Shown: positions 1-12,340, counted from the stretch's first letter. The stretch: 64,000 bases of DNA from Octopus sinensis (GCF_006345805.1 NC_043021.1:20212001-20276000); one strand, 5' to 3'. Notes: generated by a model not told the origin, from the letters alone. A program made the numbers and translations.

Positions 1-1006
1 GAATAAGTACTGGGCTTACAAAGAATAAGTCCTGGGGTCGATTTGCTCGACTAAATGCGGTGCTCCAGCATGGCCACAGTCAAATGACTGAAACGAGTAA
101 AAGAGTATATGTCGATCAGAGCTGACCATGTGTAGTTACGCAATGACAACTAAACATCTACAAGCCATTAGAAGAAAGCCTTTACATAATCGATCTGTTA
201 GACATGGCAGCCAAATCTCACTTCAATCACATCAACCGTTTTGGAAAAGAGCAAGTTAGACAATGTAATTTTGGGTTGCCTGCACAGATGAAACAGATGC
301 GATAATCACGAGTGGAATCGGTCATTTTAGCATCATTATGAGTCCTAATCTACCTGACCCGTGAGCCCCTCTCCCTCGGGCAACAGCCTAGTGTGCTCAT
401 ACCCCAAGACGGCACTAGCCGGAATACCTATTTCTTTATTGCCCACAAGGGAATAAATATAGAAGGGACAAACAAAGACAGACAAACGGATTAAGTCGAT
501 TACATCGACCCCAGTGGTACTTAATTTATTGATCCCGAAAGGATGAAAGGTAAAGTCGTGCTAACGATTCTGCCAGCTCACCGCCTTAATACCTATTTCT
601 TTACTACCCAGAAGGGGCCAAACACAGAGAGGACAAACAAGGACAGACAAACGGATTAAGTCGATTACATCGACCCCTGTGCATAACTGGTACTTATTTA
701 ATCGACCCCGAAAGGATGAAAGGCAAAGTCAACCTCGACGGAATTTGAACTGAGAACACAGCGGCAGACGAAATACTGCTAAGCATTTCGCCCGGCGTGC
801 TAACGATTCTGCCAGCTCGAATCGAAGATGACGACTAGGGTTGATCTGATCTGTCACAAATAATAACACATGAACCGTAGATTTTCCGATCTAGGCATAA
901 AAAAGATCGTGAATGCAACCCTTCCTCGCCCAACTAAGCCATAGTTTAAAAAAGATAGATGTACATCATCGCTGATCTCAGGTGGAATCGAACTACTTTC
1001 ACTTAC

Positions 1007-1132
1007 CCGTCGAAAGTTGCCTCTCGACAACACTTCTGCCAAGGATTTAGCTGCATCGTTCTTTTCAGCGACATTTAATATTCTTGTCATTGTTGAAACT
1101 GCGTTACGTAAACTGGCAGATAGATTTACCAT
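1007..1132 (-). CDS. TOP3A: DNA topoisomerase III alpha, first coding exon; gene continues off the left edge of the window
   Basis: Translates MVNLSASLRNAVSTMTRILNVAEKNDAAKSLAEVLSRGNFRR, matching the TOPRIM N-terminus of Top3alpha (L.VAEKNDAAK..A..LS.G..RR). Ends at a phase-0 donor CGG|GTAAGT (intron starts at 1006). Confidence 0.93.
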
Positions 1133-1210
1133 TTTCTTCGAGTCATCATTTTTTGAGGTTTATTCCCTTTTTTGTGTGTTTTCCTTCCAAAATCTTAATT
1201 TCTTGACACC

Positions 1211-1224
1211 TTTGGCGCCATTTT
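1211..1224. promoter_or_regulatory. Overlapping E2F (TTTGGCGC) and YY1 (CGCCATTTT) motifs in the TOP3A promoter/leader
   Basis: tttggcgccatttt lies ~80-90 bp upstream of the TOP3A ATG in a CpG-retaining segment. Confidence 0.5.
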
Positions 1225-1864
1225 GGCAATTTACGCAAAGCTAGTCTCAGGACGACGTACGTAAAAAGAATATTCTGTTATCACTTGATAAAATTAAGTG
1301 ATAAATTCAATCATATTGTCTCGGCTAAGAATAATAATAATTCTTATTTAATGTCTTGAATGATCTAGGTTTGTGTTTTTCTTTCTTTCTTTTGCAAGAA
1401 TGTTTACGAAAACTTCGTCAAATGTTATTTTAGTAAATTTTAGTTTTATTAGTAAACACACCTGTTCATTCATTCCTTGTAACTCCGGCCGTCTGTAATT
1501 TAATTATGGCAAATTTATATTTTAAAGGTGTAAAATCTTATGTATCGCCTTTCAGGTTTTCGTTGTAGGGTTTTGTTTTGTGCGAACCTAGTCAGATGTG
1601 CCATTTTTCCACTTTGTTTCTCATAACTTTTAGAAAAATGGATATTTTTTCTTTTTTTTTGTTTCAGTCATTAGACTACAGCCACGCTGGACAGCACATT
1701 GAAGAATTTTTTTATCGAATGAATCAACCCCAGTACTTTTTTTAAGGCTGGTACTTATTTTATCGGTTTCTTTTGTTGAGCCGCCAAGTTACTGGGACGT
1801 AAACACACCAGAACCAGTTTTCATTCGGTGGTGGGAGACAAATACACAGACACACACATATATA

Positions 1865-2252
1865 TCTTTATATATAAAAGTCAAGTTGTGTGTCTGTCTC
1901 CTACGATTTAGATTCCTAACTACTCCCACATTTTGCGGTGCAGTGTAACCAAAACCGGGTATCTTATAGTCGTCATTCATATCGAGCCCTTCTGGGTATT
2001 AGCGCGCGTCTACGATTTAAAAAAAAAATTACCATCATTTTTTCCCATTTTTAATGCATTTTTTTTCTATTATATAAGGGAAGTAACTCTCTAAAAATGT
2101 ATTATTAAATCTCAGAACGTAAAAAGCTATAGTAACACCCCCCCCCCTTTGAGGTTAGCCATATTGAGATGGCTATTATACTTTACATCTCTAAAAATGC
2201 TTATATAGTTATTTCCCTTACAAACCCGAGCAACGCCGGGCGATACTGCTAG
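1865..2252 (+). mobile_element. Non-autonomous Helitron, copy 1
   Basis: A|TC 5' end, subterminal hairpin cccgagcaacgccggg, CTAG|T 3' end, no TSD. Confidence 0.85.
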
Positions 2253-2562
2253 TATATATATAAAACAGCCGTGCGGGCACAATATAAGAAGCATCCGTGC
2301 TCAGGCTACATAAGAAGCCCATGTGCTCGCACCACGTGAAAAGCACTTATGCTGGCATCACATAAAAAGCACTTGTGCCTGTTGTACCATGTAAAAACCA
2401 CCGACTACACCCTATGAAGTGGTTGGCATTATGAAGGGCATCCAGCCATAGAAACTATGCTAAAACAAACAATTGAAGTGTGATGCAGCTTTCTGGTCTG
2501 CTAGCTCCTGTCAAACCATTCATCCCATGCTAGCATAGAAAATGGATGTTAAATGATGATAA

Positions 2563-3312
2563 TTGCGCCGGTATGGTCATGTGGCGAGAATGGATGAGGA
2601 TAGCTTTGTCAAAAAGTGCCACATCCTAGTGGTTAAGGGAACTTGTGGAAGAGGGAGACCCAGGAAGACCTGGGATGAGGTGGTGAAGCATTACCTGCAA
2701 ATGTTAGGCCTCACCGAGGCAATGACTAGTGACCGAGACCTTTGGAGATTTGCTGTGCTTGAGAAGACCCGGCAAGCCAAGTGAGACCATAACCTCGTGG
2801 CCTATGCTAGGGGTGTAACCAGCCCACTTATGTGCACTTTCCCTTCATTGGACACTAAACTCTGCTTGTGAAGACCTGTTGAGGCAAGTGAAATTGAAAT
2901 CGAAATCAAATTCGATGACTGGCATCCGTGTTAGTGGAGCACTAAGAGCACCATTCGAGTGTGATCATTACCAGTGTCACCTTACTGGCACTTGTTCTGG
3001 TGGCACAGGAAAAGACATTCGAGTGAGGTCGTTGCCAGTGCCGCTGGACTGGCTCCTGTGCAGGGGGCACATAAAAAGCACCATTTGAGCATGGCCGTTG
3101 CCAGTATCGCCTGACTGGCCCTCGGGCCGGTGACACGTAAAAACAGCCATTACACTCTCGGAGTGGTTGGCATTAGGAAGGGCATCAAGCTGTAGAAACT
3201 CTGCCAAATCAGATTGGAGCCTGGTGCAGCCATCTGGTTCGCCAGTCCTCAGTCAAATCGTCCAGCCCATGCTAGCATGGAAAGTGGACGTTAAACGATG
3301 ATGATGATGATA
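2563..3312 (+). mobile_element. RTE LINE 3' end (ORF C-terminus, UTR, GAT tail)
   Basis: RYGHVARMDEDSFVKKCH..GRPRKTWDEVVK..LEKTRQAK*, same family as 8593-10640. Confidence 0.9.
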
Positions 3313-4473
3313 GTCATTTAAGAATCCATAAGTCAGAAAAAATAGGCACTCATACATAGGTCAACAGAGTGAATACATTAATTAAAGTATACAGTATTAT
3401 AGATCCATTACAGCCAATCATACTAATCAGTTTCACACCAGACATTAGATAACATTGAATATCTAATACATGTGCTCTTCAGGGAAAGCATGTATGGGTA
3501 AGATCAGCTGTAATGGGTCTATAATGCTGTATACTTTGATTAACGCTTGTGACACCACACCACCTGAGATCACCCTTATGTCTTTACAATCTGAGTTCAA
3601 ATTCCATCAAATTGGCTTTGCCTTTCATCCTTTCAGGGGCCAATGAAATACCAGTTGAGTACTGGGGTTGATGTAATCAACTTAATTCTTCTTCCCAAAT
3701 TGCTGGCCTTGTGCCAAAATTTGAAACTAGCATATGTTTCAAACATCAGCTTTATAATGACACAGCTATTTTAATATAGTACTAACTGAAAAAAAAATTG
3801 TATTTTGTCAGATATATGATAACAAAAGGGATAATATTCTTTTACTTGTTTCAGTCATTTGGCTGCAGCCATGCTGGAGCACCACCTTGAAGGAATTTAG
3901 TCAAACAAATCGACCCCAGGACTTATTTTTTAAGCCTAGCACTTATTCTATTGGCATCTTTTGCTGAACCACTAGTTACGAAGATGTAAACACACAAACA
4001 CCGGTTGTCAAGTGGTGATGGAAGGACAATTACAGACACACAGGCACCCACATGTAGATATATACATATACAAATATATATATATACATATACAAATATA
4101 TATATATATATATACATACATACATATATACATACATATATATGTATGTATGTATATGATAATAATAATAATAAGGATTATTATGAAGTAGCATTAGCAT
4201 TATTTTTATTTCCTTTATATATATATATATATATATATGCACAGCTTCAAATAGACTGACACATGATTCAACTGCATCAATTAGTAACCATTGCAATTGG
4301 AACCATAATATTTCCCTAGATTCGAACACGTTTTTTTTCCTGGAAGACTGGAAATGAACAACCCCACTTGCATAACAATGAGGCTCACTTACGACCATCA
4401 CATAATGTTTAGATACATGCAAGCAAATACACAGACATACATTGATACATACATATACAGATATATATATATG

Positions 4474-4514
<41 letters not shown>

Positions 4515-4539
4515 AAATGAGCAACAAGAATGACTCCGG

Positions 4540-4632
4540 TAATTTGGTACGATCGTTTCGTGCTACATCATTTTATTAAGTGTTGTAAGTATTACAACAG
4601 TTTTAAAATGCTGAGCACTCATCAGCCAATTA
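4540..4632 (-). ncRNA. Type I hammerhead ribozyme motif with intact core (Penelope/retrozyme type)
   Basis: Minus strand reads UUGG-CUGAUGA-GUGCU...AGCAC-GAAAC-GAUC-GUA-CCAA: stem I 4 bp, stem II 5 bp plus extensions, palindromic stem III ACGAUCGU. Confidence 0.85.
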
Positions 4633-4811
4633 TAGAGGTTTTCCATTAATACAAAAATTTTCATATCAAGTGGCAACATTATAGAGAAGGTAGATACATA
4701 GACAAAGATGTGGATTTAAATTTTAAGAACATTTGAGGTAGTGGAGCCCATCAACTGACTGACTAAGATTCAGTTGTTCCAGACTACTGTAAGGTTCTGA
4801 AAATGAAGAAC

Positions 4812-4843
<32 letters not shown>

Positions 4844-5073
4844 CATGCACAAACATACATATTGATTTTGGACCAGGTTGTGTGTTCTGTTCTTGAGCAA
4901 GATACTTTATTTATTGCTCTGGTTCACTCAGCTCTAGAAATGAGTAGCAACTTCACTGGTGCCAAGTTGTATTCGCTTTTGCCTTTCCCTTGCATAACAT
5001 TGGTGGTGTAGAGAGGGGAGTCTGGTATGCACGGGCAACTGCTGGTCTTCCAGAAACAACCATGCACAGACTT

Positions 5074-5490
5074 AAGGCAGCAAGCTGGCAGAATTGTTAT
5101 AGTGCCGGGCGAAATGCTTAGCGGTATTTCGTCTGTCTTTACGTTCTGAGTTCAAATTCCACCAAGGTCAACTTTGCCTTTCATCCTTTCGGGGTCGATA
5201 AATTAAGTACCAGTTATGCACTGGGGTCGATGTAATCGACTTAATCTGTTTGTCTGTCCTTGTTTGTCCTCTCTGTGTTTAGCCCCTTGTGTGTAATAAA
5301 GGAATAGGTATTTCGTCTGTCTTTACGTTCTGAGTTCAAATTCCACCGAGGTCGACTTTGCCTTTCATCCTTTCGGGGTCGATAAATTAAGTACCAGTTA
5401 CGAACTGGGATTGATATAATCGACTTAATCTGTTTGTCTGTCCTTGTTTGTCCCCTCTGTGTTTAGCCCTTTGTGGGTAGTAAAGGAATA
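5074..5490 (+). mobile_element. Family B tRNA-derived SINE, head-to-tail dimer, inserted in an older SINE
   Basis: Core gcctttcatcctttcggggtcgataaattaagtaccag present twice; 22-bp TSD agaaacaaccatgcacagactt at 5052-5073 and 5491-5512. Confidence 0.9.
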
Positions 5491-5949
5491 AGAAACAACC
5501 ATGCACAGACTTGTGCCTCAGAGAGTAACTTTCTAAGTGCAATCCCATAGTCATACATGACCAAAGGGTGTCTTTTTACCCTAAAATATGACTGGTATTT
5601 TTTCAGTTTCCATCTACCAAATCTATTCACAAGGCTCTGGTTGGCATACGGCCATACTAGAATATTTGATCAAGGTGTCACAGTGGTATATACATATGTA
5701 TATACACACACACACATATATCCATGCATGCGTATGTGTGCATGTGTGTGTGTTTGTGAGACAGTGTATTTATAACACTGTAGATGTAATTATATTTGCC
5801 CATTTGCATTCAGAATTAATTTTGACCAAACAAAATGGGTGAACCATGGATCCAGCAGACAGGAAAAAGATTATGAAAAAAATACATGCAGCAAACCATG
5901 ATTAGTCATGTAGCAACAATGTAGGAATGGAAAGTATTGTTGGGACAGA

Positions 5950-6803
5950 CAGACAGACAAACAGGCAGCCAGACAGCCAGACTTATTAGACAAATAGACG
6001 GACAGATAGATGGAAAAACAGTTGGATGAATATAGGGATGAGAGTATAGGAAGATGGATGGATGGATGGATGGATAAGTAGAAAGACAGGTAAATGTGTG
6101 TGTGTGTGTGTGTATGTGTGTATGCATGTGTGTGTCTGTGTATGAACAGATGGATGCATGGATGGATACGTGGATCAATGGTTAGATAAATAACTGGGTA
6201 AATCAATTCATCAACTGATGGCTAGATGAATGGATCAATGAATGGGTGGATGGATGTATATATGCATAAAGGGATGGGTGGATGCATGGATGGACGGATA
6301 GACAGGTGGAAAAGATGGATGCCATGCAGCAGCCGCACCACCACCACGGTGCTCTGATTTTATCCACCCACCTTGCCTTGGTTCTCGGTGCTCCTCCCTT
6401 GTCTGATACCATTAACACCCCTAACCATCCAGGCCTACTTCTAACCCCACCCTCAACTAGTGGGTACCACCCATTTTCAAAAAGATGATGATGATGGAGG
6501 GATAGTGGTGGTAGTGATGATGATGATGATGGTGATGGTGGTGATGATGGTGCTGATAGTGATAGTGATGGTGCTGATGATAATAGCAGTGGTGGTGGTG
6601 ATGATGGTGGTGGTAGTGATGATGATGATGGTGGTGCTGATGATAATCGCAGTGGTGGTGGTGGTAATGGTGGTGGTGGCCATTGAGGTTGTGACAGTGG
6701 TGTTAATGATGATAAAGATGATGATGGTGTTGGTGGCGATAATAATGGTGGTGGGGTGGTGGGGTGGTAGTGGTGGCAGTTGAGGTTGTGATAGTGGGGG
6801 TAG

Positions 6804-6841
<38 letters not shown>

Positions 6842-6932
6842 GTGATGAAGGTTGTGGTGAGGCATGACCATGATGATGACAAGAACGATGAGGTCGATAA
6901 TAAAGAAGAAGAACAACAAGAACAAGAAGGAC

Positions 6933-6965
<33 letters not shown>

Positions 6966-7446
6966 TGTTCCAGATAATATCTTACAAGGCATTTAGAGAA
7001 AAATTCCTTGATATTATTTTTATTTTGTTGCTGATAAAAAAAAAATCAAAGTATTGATTTTATTTTTCAAGAAGGTATTAATAGAAATACTAGATTGATG
7101 CAAAACAGCAATGAATTTCAAATTTTTTTTTATTGATGTTCTTTTTTTTTTTTGTTAATTAAAATTTTCTTTTAATAATGAATATTAAATATTTTATGTA
7201 TTTTATAGAGAATAAAAACAAATTTTTTTTAGGATTAAAAATTTCACCAAAACAAGGAGAAAACACCTATAAACCAAAAAAAAGCAAGCCAATAAAATAA
7301 TATCAAGCAAAATAAATCAACAAAGAGCATCTCCAAAATATTACTGAAAAATCCCCAAACAACAAAGAGAAGGAGACAGAGATAGATAGATAGGTAGTCA
7401 GACAAACAGACAGATAGAAAGGTAGATAGATAGATAGATAGATAGG

Positions 7447-7486
<40 letters not shown>

Positions 7487-7491
7487 CAGAC

Positions 7492-7573
<82 letters not shown>

Positions 7574-7575
7574 GC

Positions 7576-7607
<32 letters not shown>

Positions 7608-7626
7608 GGATGGATGGATGGATGGA

Positions 7627-7662
<36 letters not shown>

Positions 7663-7703
7663 GAGATAGGTAGATAGATGGATGGATAGACAGACAGACA
7701 GAC

Positions 7704-7742
<39 letters not shown>

Positions 7743-7930
7743 CAGGCAGATAGATAGACAGACAGACAGATAGATAGATAGAAAGATAGACAAACGGAGA
7801 TAGATAGATAGATAAAGTGAGTGAGAGAAAGGGAGACAATGTTAAAAAATATTTCTCGTGCACACCTTTCTCTATCTGTCTGTCTGTCTCTCTCTCTCTC
7901 TCTTTCTATCCATCTATCTATCTATCTTTC
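5950..7930. repeat. Compound microsatellite field: (GGAT)n, (GT)n, (GAT/GGT)n, (CAG)n, (GATA/GACA)n, (CT)n
   Basis: Directly visible; explains the long low-complexity ORFs between 6203 and 7863. Confidence 0.97.
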
Positions 7931-8315
7931 TCTCTATTCTCATTCTCTCTCCCCCTTATCTAATCGGTTTCGTATCTAGTGCAGACCAATTCCACTTGAT
8001 GACGGACTGACTGACAAGAACTAACAACCAACCACCTAGGGAACCAATAGACAGAGAGAGAGATAGAGTGTTTGTGTGTGAGTGAGCATCAACATTCTTC
8101 GTATGACTCATGTGAGAAGGAAGATAACACGAGAAGGAAGATAACACAACAAGAAGAATAATAAAACAGGCTGCTCCTTGTATTGCCATGCCTACGTAAC
8201 ATCTCTTAATCAATACGTAAAGGAAGAACAATAAAAGAGATATTATCACCATCATTCTTCGAACTCAGATCTAATTAAATGCCTTCGATTACGTCTCGCA
8301 CGGGATTTTGGTGGG

Positions 8316-8355
8316 GAAAAGCTGAAGAGGGCACGCTTGAAATTTAAATACATTC
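8316..8355 (+). ncRNA. Degenerate minimal hammerhead motif
   Basis: GAAAAG-CUGAAGA-GGG-CACG-CUU-GAAA-UUUAAA-UA-CAUUC; palindromic stem III AUUUAAAU, weak stems I and II. Confidence 0.35.
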
Positions 8356-8592
8356 TTCAAACTGTAATTTATTTATTTACATTCATAAGTAGAGCTACCA
8401 CGTTTCTGGGTATCCAAACAATGAAAATCAGTGTGTGTATGTGTGTTGATGGTTATTTTTGAGGATTTTCACTGCATCATTTATATTTCATCAAGTTTTG
8501 TATACATACAAATACATATATACAAGCAAGCATGCATTCATACATGTATACACGCATACCCGAAAAACATAATATATGATTTATATACATAC

Positions 8593-10640
8593 ATATCATC
8601 ATCATCATCGTCTAACGTCCGCTTTCCATGCTAGCATGGGTTGGACGATTTTGACTGAGGGCTGGCGAACCAGATGGCTGCACCAGCCTCCAATCTTGAT
8701 CTGACAGAGTTTCTACAGCTGGATGCCCTTCCTAACGCCAACCACTCCGAGAGTGTAGTGGATGCTTTTTATGTGTCATCGGCACCAGGGCCAGTCAGGC
8801 GGTACTGGCAATGACCTCGCTCGAATCTTTTTACACATGCCACCAGCACAGGTGCTAGTATGGCGCCGCTGGTAACGGTCAAACTTGAATGGTGCCCCTT
8901 TTACGTGCCACTTGCACGGAAGCCAGTTAGCCGCTCTGGCAACGATCACGCTCGGATGGTGCTCTTGGCACCCTACTAGCACGGACACAAGTGCCAGTAA
9001 GGCGACGCTGGTAATGATCACACTCGAATTTTGCCTTTTATGTGCCACTGGCACGGAAGCAGGTTAGCCGCTCTGTCAACGATCACACTCGTATGGCGCT
9101 CTTTGCACCCCACTAGCATAGATGCCAGTCATCGAATTTGATTTTCATTTTGATTTCACTTGCCTCAACAGGTCTTTGCAAGCAGAGTTTAGTGTCCAAA
9201 GAAGGAAAAGGTATGCATAAGTGGGCTTGTTACACTCCTGGCATAGGCCACAGGTTATGATCTCATTTGGCTTGCCGGGTCTTCTCAAGCACAACATATT
9301 TCCAAAAGTCTCGGTCACTAGTCATTTCCTGGGTGGGGCCTAAAGTTCGAAGGTCATGCTTCACCACTTCATCCCAGGTCTTCCTGGGTCTACCTTTTCC
9401 ACAGGTTCCCTCAACCGCTAGGATGTGGCACTTTTTCACACAGCTATCCTCATCCATTCTCACCACATGACCATACCAGCGCAGTCGTCTCTCTTGCACA
9501 CCACATCTGATGCTTCTTAAGTCCAACTTTTCTCTCAAGGTACTTACACTCTGTCGAGCATGCACACTGACATTACATATCCATCGGATTATACTGGCTT
9601 CATTCCTTGCGAGCTTACACATGTCCTCAGCAGTCACAGCCCATGTTTCACTGCCATGTAGCATGGCTGTTCGTACACAAGCGTCATACAGTCTACCTTT
9701 TGCTCTGAGCGAGAGGCCCTTTGTCCCCAGCAGAGGTAAGAGCTCTCTGAACTTTGCCCAAGCTATTCTTATTCTAGCAGCTACACTTTCAGCGCACCCT
9801 CCTCCCGCTACTGACTTGGCCACCTTGGTAACAGAAGCTATCAACTACTTTTAGTTTTTCTCCCTGGAATGTGGTGGAAGTTGTTCTCTGTGCATTTTCA
9901 GTGTTTATTGCTCCCGAGTATCTGCCACATATAAAAACTATCTTCCCAGTTTGCCTTCCTTTGATATTACTGCACCTCTTATGTGTCCATAGCTTACACT
10001 GGGTACATATTATAGAATTTCTACCTACACCTCTACTACAGATTGGGCAGGGCCATCTACCTGAAGGGATTTGTGGTTTGCCTGCCTTCCTACTTATTAG
10101 GACTTTGGTTTTAGCTAGGTTGATTCTAAGGCCCTTCAGTTCTAATCCTTGTTTCCACACTTGAAACTTCTCCTCAAGTTCTGATAGTGACTCAGCAATT
10201 AGAGCAAGGTCACCAGCATAGAGGAGCTCCCAGGGGCATCCTATCTTGAATTCCTCCATTATTGCCTGGAGGACTATGATAAATAGGAGGGAGCTGAGGA
10301 CTGAACCTTGGTGGACCCCTACCTCCACCCTGAATTCTTCAGCATCCCTGTACATGGCTTGCACAGCTCTCACTAATCATTCATCTATCCCTAGTTTCCT
10401 CATTGATCACCAGATAAGGGATCGGAGGACCCTGTCAAAGGCTTTCTCCATGTCAACGAAAGCCAGGTACAGGGGCTTATCTTTGGCTAGGTATTTCTCC
10501 TGCAGCTGTCTTGCCAGAAATATGGCATCAGTGGTGCTTTTCCCTGGCACGAATCCAAACTGCATCTCATCCAAGCTGACTCTCTCCCTAATCAGTTGGG
10601 CTATGACCCTCTCTGTAACCTTCATTACCTGATCCAGCAG
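8593..10640 (-). mobile_element. 5'-truncated RTE-clade LINE: disrupted RT ORF, C-terminal region, long 3' UTR, (GAT)n tail
   Basis: Frameshifted ORFs 10407-10625, 9789-10373 and 9263-9844 carry QFGFVPGKSTTDA, DMEKAFDRV, GVHQGSVLS and YAGD (catalytic YADD altered). C-terminus LRWYGHVVRMDED..GRPRKTW; 3' UTR ends gttagacgatgatgatgat. Confidence 0.93.
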
Positions 10641-10730
10641 ATAAATTTCCTCTATTTACATAATATTGAGGTCTCTTTCTTTCTTTTGTTATCTTCCCAT
10701 TTTTACCAATATATATATATATATATATAT

Positions 10731-10766
<36 letters not shown>

Positions 10767-10826
10767 AGTGAGTGAGAGAGAGGGAGACAATGTTAAAAAA
10801 TATTTCTCATGCACACCTTTCTCTTA

Positions 10827-10891
<65 letters not shown>

Positions 10892-10915
10892 AGTGGTAGC
10901 TGGAAGAGAAGCTAG

Positions 10916-11657
10916 GTGGCACATGTAAGTAGGAAAGGAGGAAGCAGAAAAGTAAGAAGCATGTCAGTGTTCTACAGCAGGAGAATCAGAAACACGAGTT
11001 GTTCTGTATTGCAAAAGAGTGTACCAAAGGGTATTGAGATGTTGAGGGTGAGGACATGTGTGCAGATGGACAGAGGTAGATCCAGGAAGACATGGGATGA
11101 GGTGGTCAAGTATGACCTTCGAACGCTAGGCCTCACAGAGGCAATGACGAAAGACTGAGACCTCTGGAGATATGCTGTGACTGTGAAGACCCGACAAAAG
11201 AAGTGAGTTCATGGCTCGCAGGATGGCCTGCTGTGCTTACCTTGGATCGTAGGGTGACCTGATGTGCTTGAGGTGACCTATTGAGTCAAGTACATCAACA
11301 TCAAAATAAAAATCAAATGGAAATTGTAGTTGTGAGACCCGTGCCGGTGGCATGTAAAAAGCACCATCCAAACATGGCTGATGCCAGCACTGCCTTGACT
11401 AGCGTCTGTACCCGTGGCACATAAAAAGCACCAACCAATTGTGGATGTTGCAGCCTCCCCTGGCCCCTGTGCTGGTAGCACATAAAAAGCACCCACTATA
11501 CTCACAGAGTGGTTGGCATTAAGAAGGGCATCCAGCTGTATAAACACTGCCAGAACAGACTGGAGTCTAGTGCAGCCTCCTGGCTTCCCAGACCCTGGTT
11601 GAACCGTCCAACCGATGCTAGCATGGAAAACGGATGTTAAACGATGATGATGATGAT
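10916..11657 (+). mobile_element. Diverged RTE LINE 3' end
   Basis: GRSRKTWDEVVKYDLRTLGLTEAMT followed by the family UTR and (GAT)n tail. Confidence 0.8.
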
Positions 11658-11659
11658 AC

Positions 11660-12115
11660 ACTTAGTGATTCTGAAAAGAAAGAGGCATAGTATTATAAAG
11701 ATTACTAAATGTAGAGAATGTATGAGAAGAAGAGGGTTTTCCCAACTTAGATACAAAAGAGTGGCCAGTTATCCTTGCTGGCAGCAGTATTTCAGATGAA
11801 GTAATTAAAAATATGAAGGCTGGGAAAGACCATGGCCCATCAGGAATCACAGCTGAAATGCTTGAAATATTTGTTGAAATAGGATATGGCCTAGTCACCC
11901 ATATAGGTAATTAGGTTGTACAATAAAGGTTTTACATGCCCGATGACCGATATAAGAACGTTATAGTTAATTGTTATAAGAGTAAAGGAGATCTGTTAGA
12001 TAGAAGTAGTTACAGAGATAACAAATTGTTAGACCAAGTCTTAAAAGTTATGGAAAGAGTTATAGCTTGATTAATTTGACAGAGAATTAGTCTAGATAAG
12101 AGATGCAGTTTGGTA
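11660..12115 (+). mobile_element. Decayed RTE reverse-transcriptase N-terminal fragment
   Basis: Reads IKNMKAGKDHGPSGITAEML..YKSKGDLLDRSSYR..KLLDQVLKVMERVI..SLDEMQFG with stops and frameshifts. Confidence 0.8.
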
Positions 12116-12340
12116 AAACTTTCGAAAAAGAAAAGAAATTTCGGTGGGTCGCTTATTTCAAAATTTTTTAACATTTTCTTAGAATTTTCATTAATAACAG
12201 TTAAAAAAACAGGCTTGGCAGTACAATTTTTTGTTAATGTGACCTTGTCATAAGGCAATAAACTTCGGCGCAGCCTTCAAACAAAAAAGTTTCCCACCTC
12301 TTACAATTTAAAAAAGTATTTTATAGTTTTTTAATTTATA

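Noticed and set aside
6203-7863. Long ORFs of 107-243 aa (poly-His/Pro/Ser, poly-Met/Val, LSIY repeats)
   Set aside because: They are translations of (GAT/GGT)n and (GATA)n microsatellites, open in several frames on both strands, with no splice or domain support.
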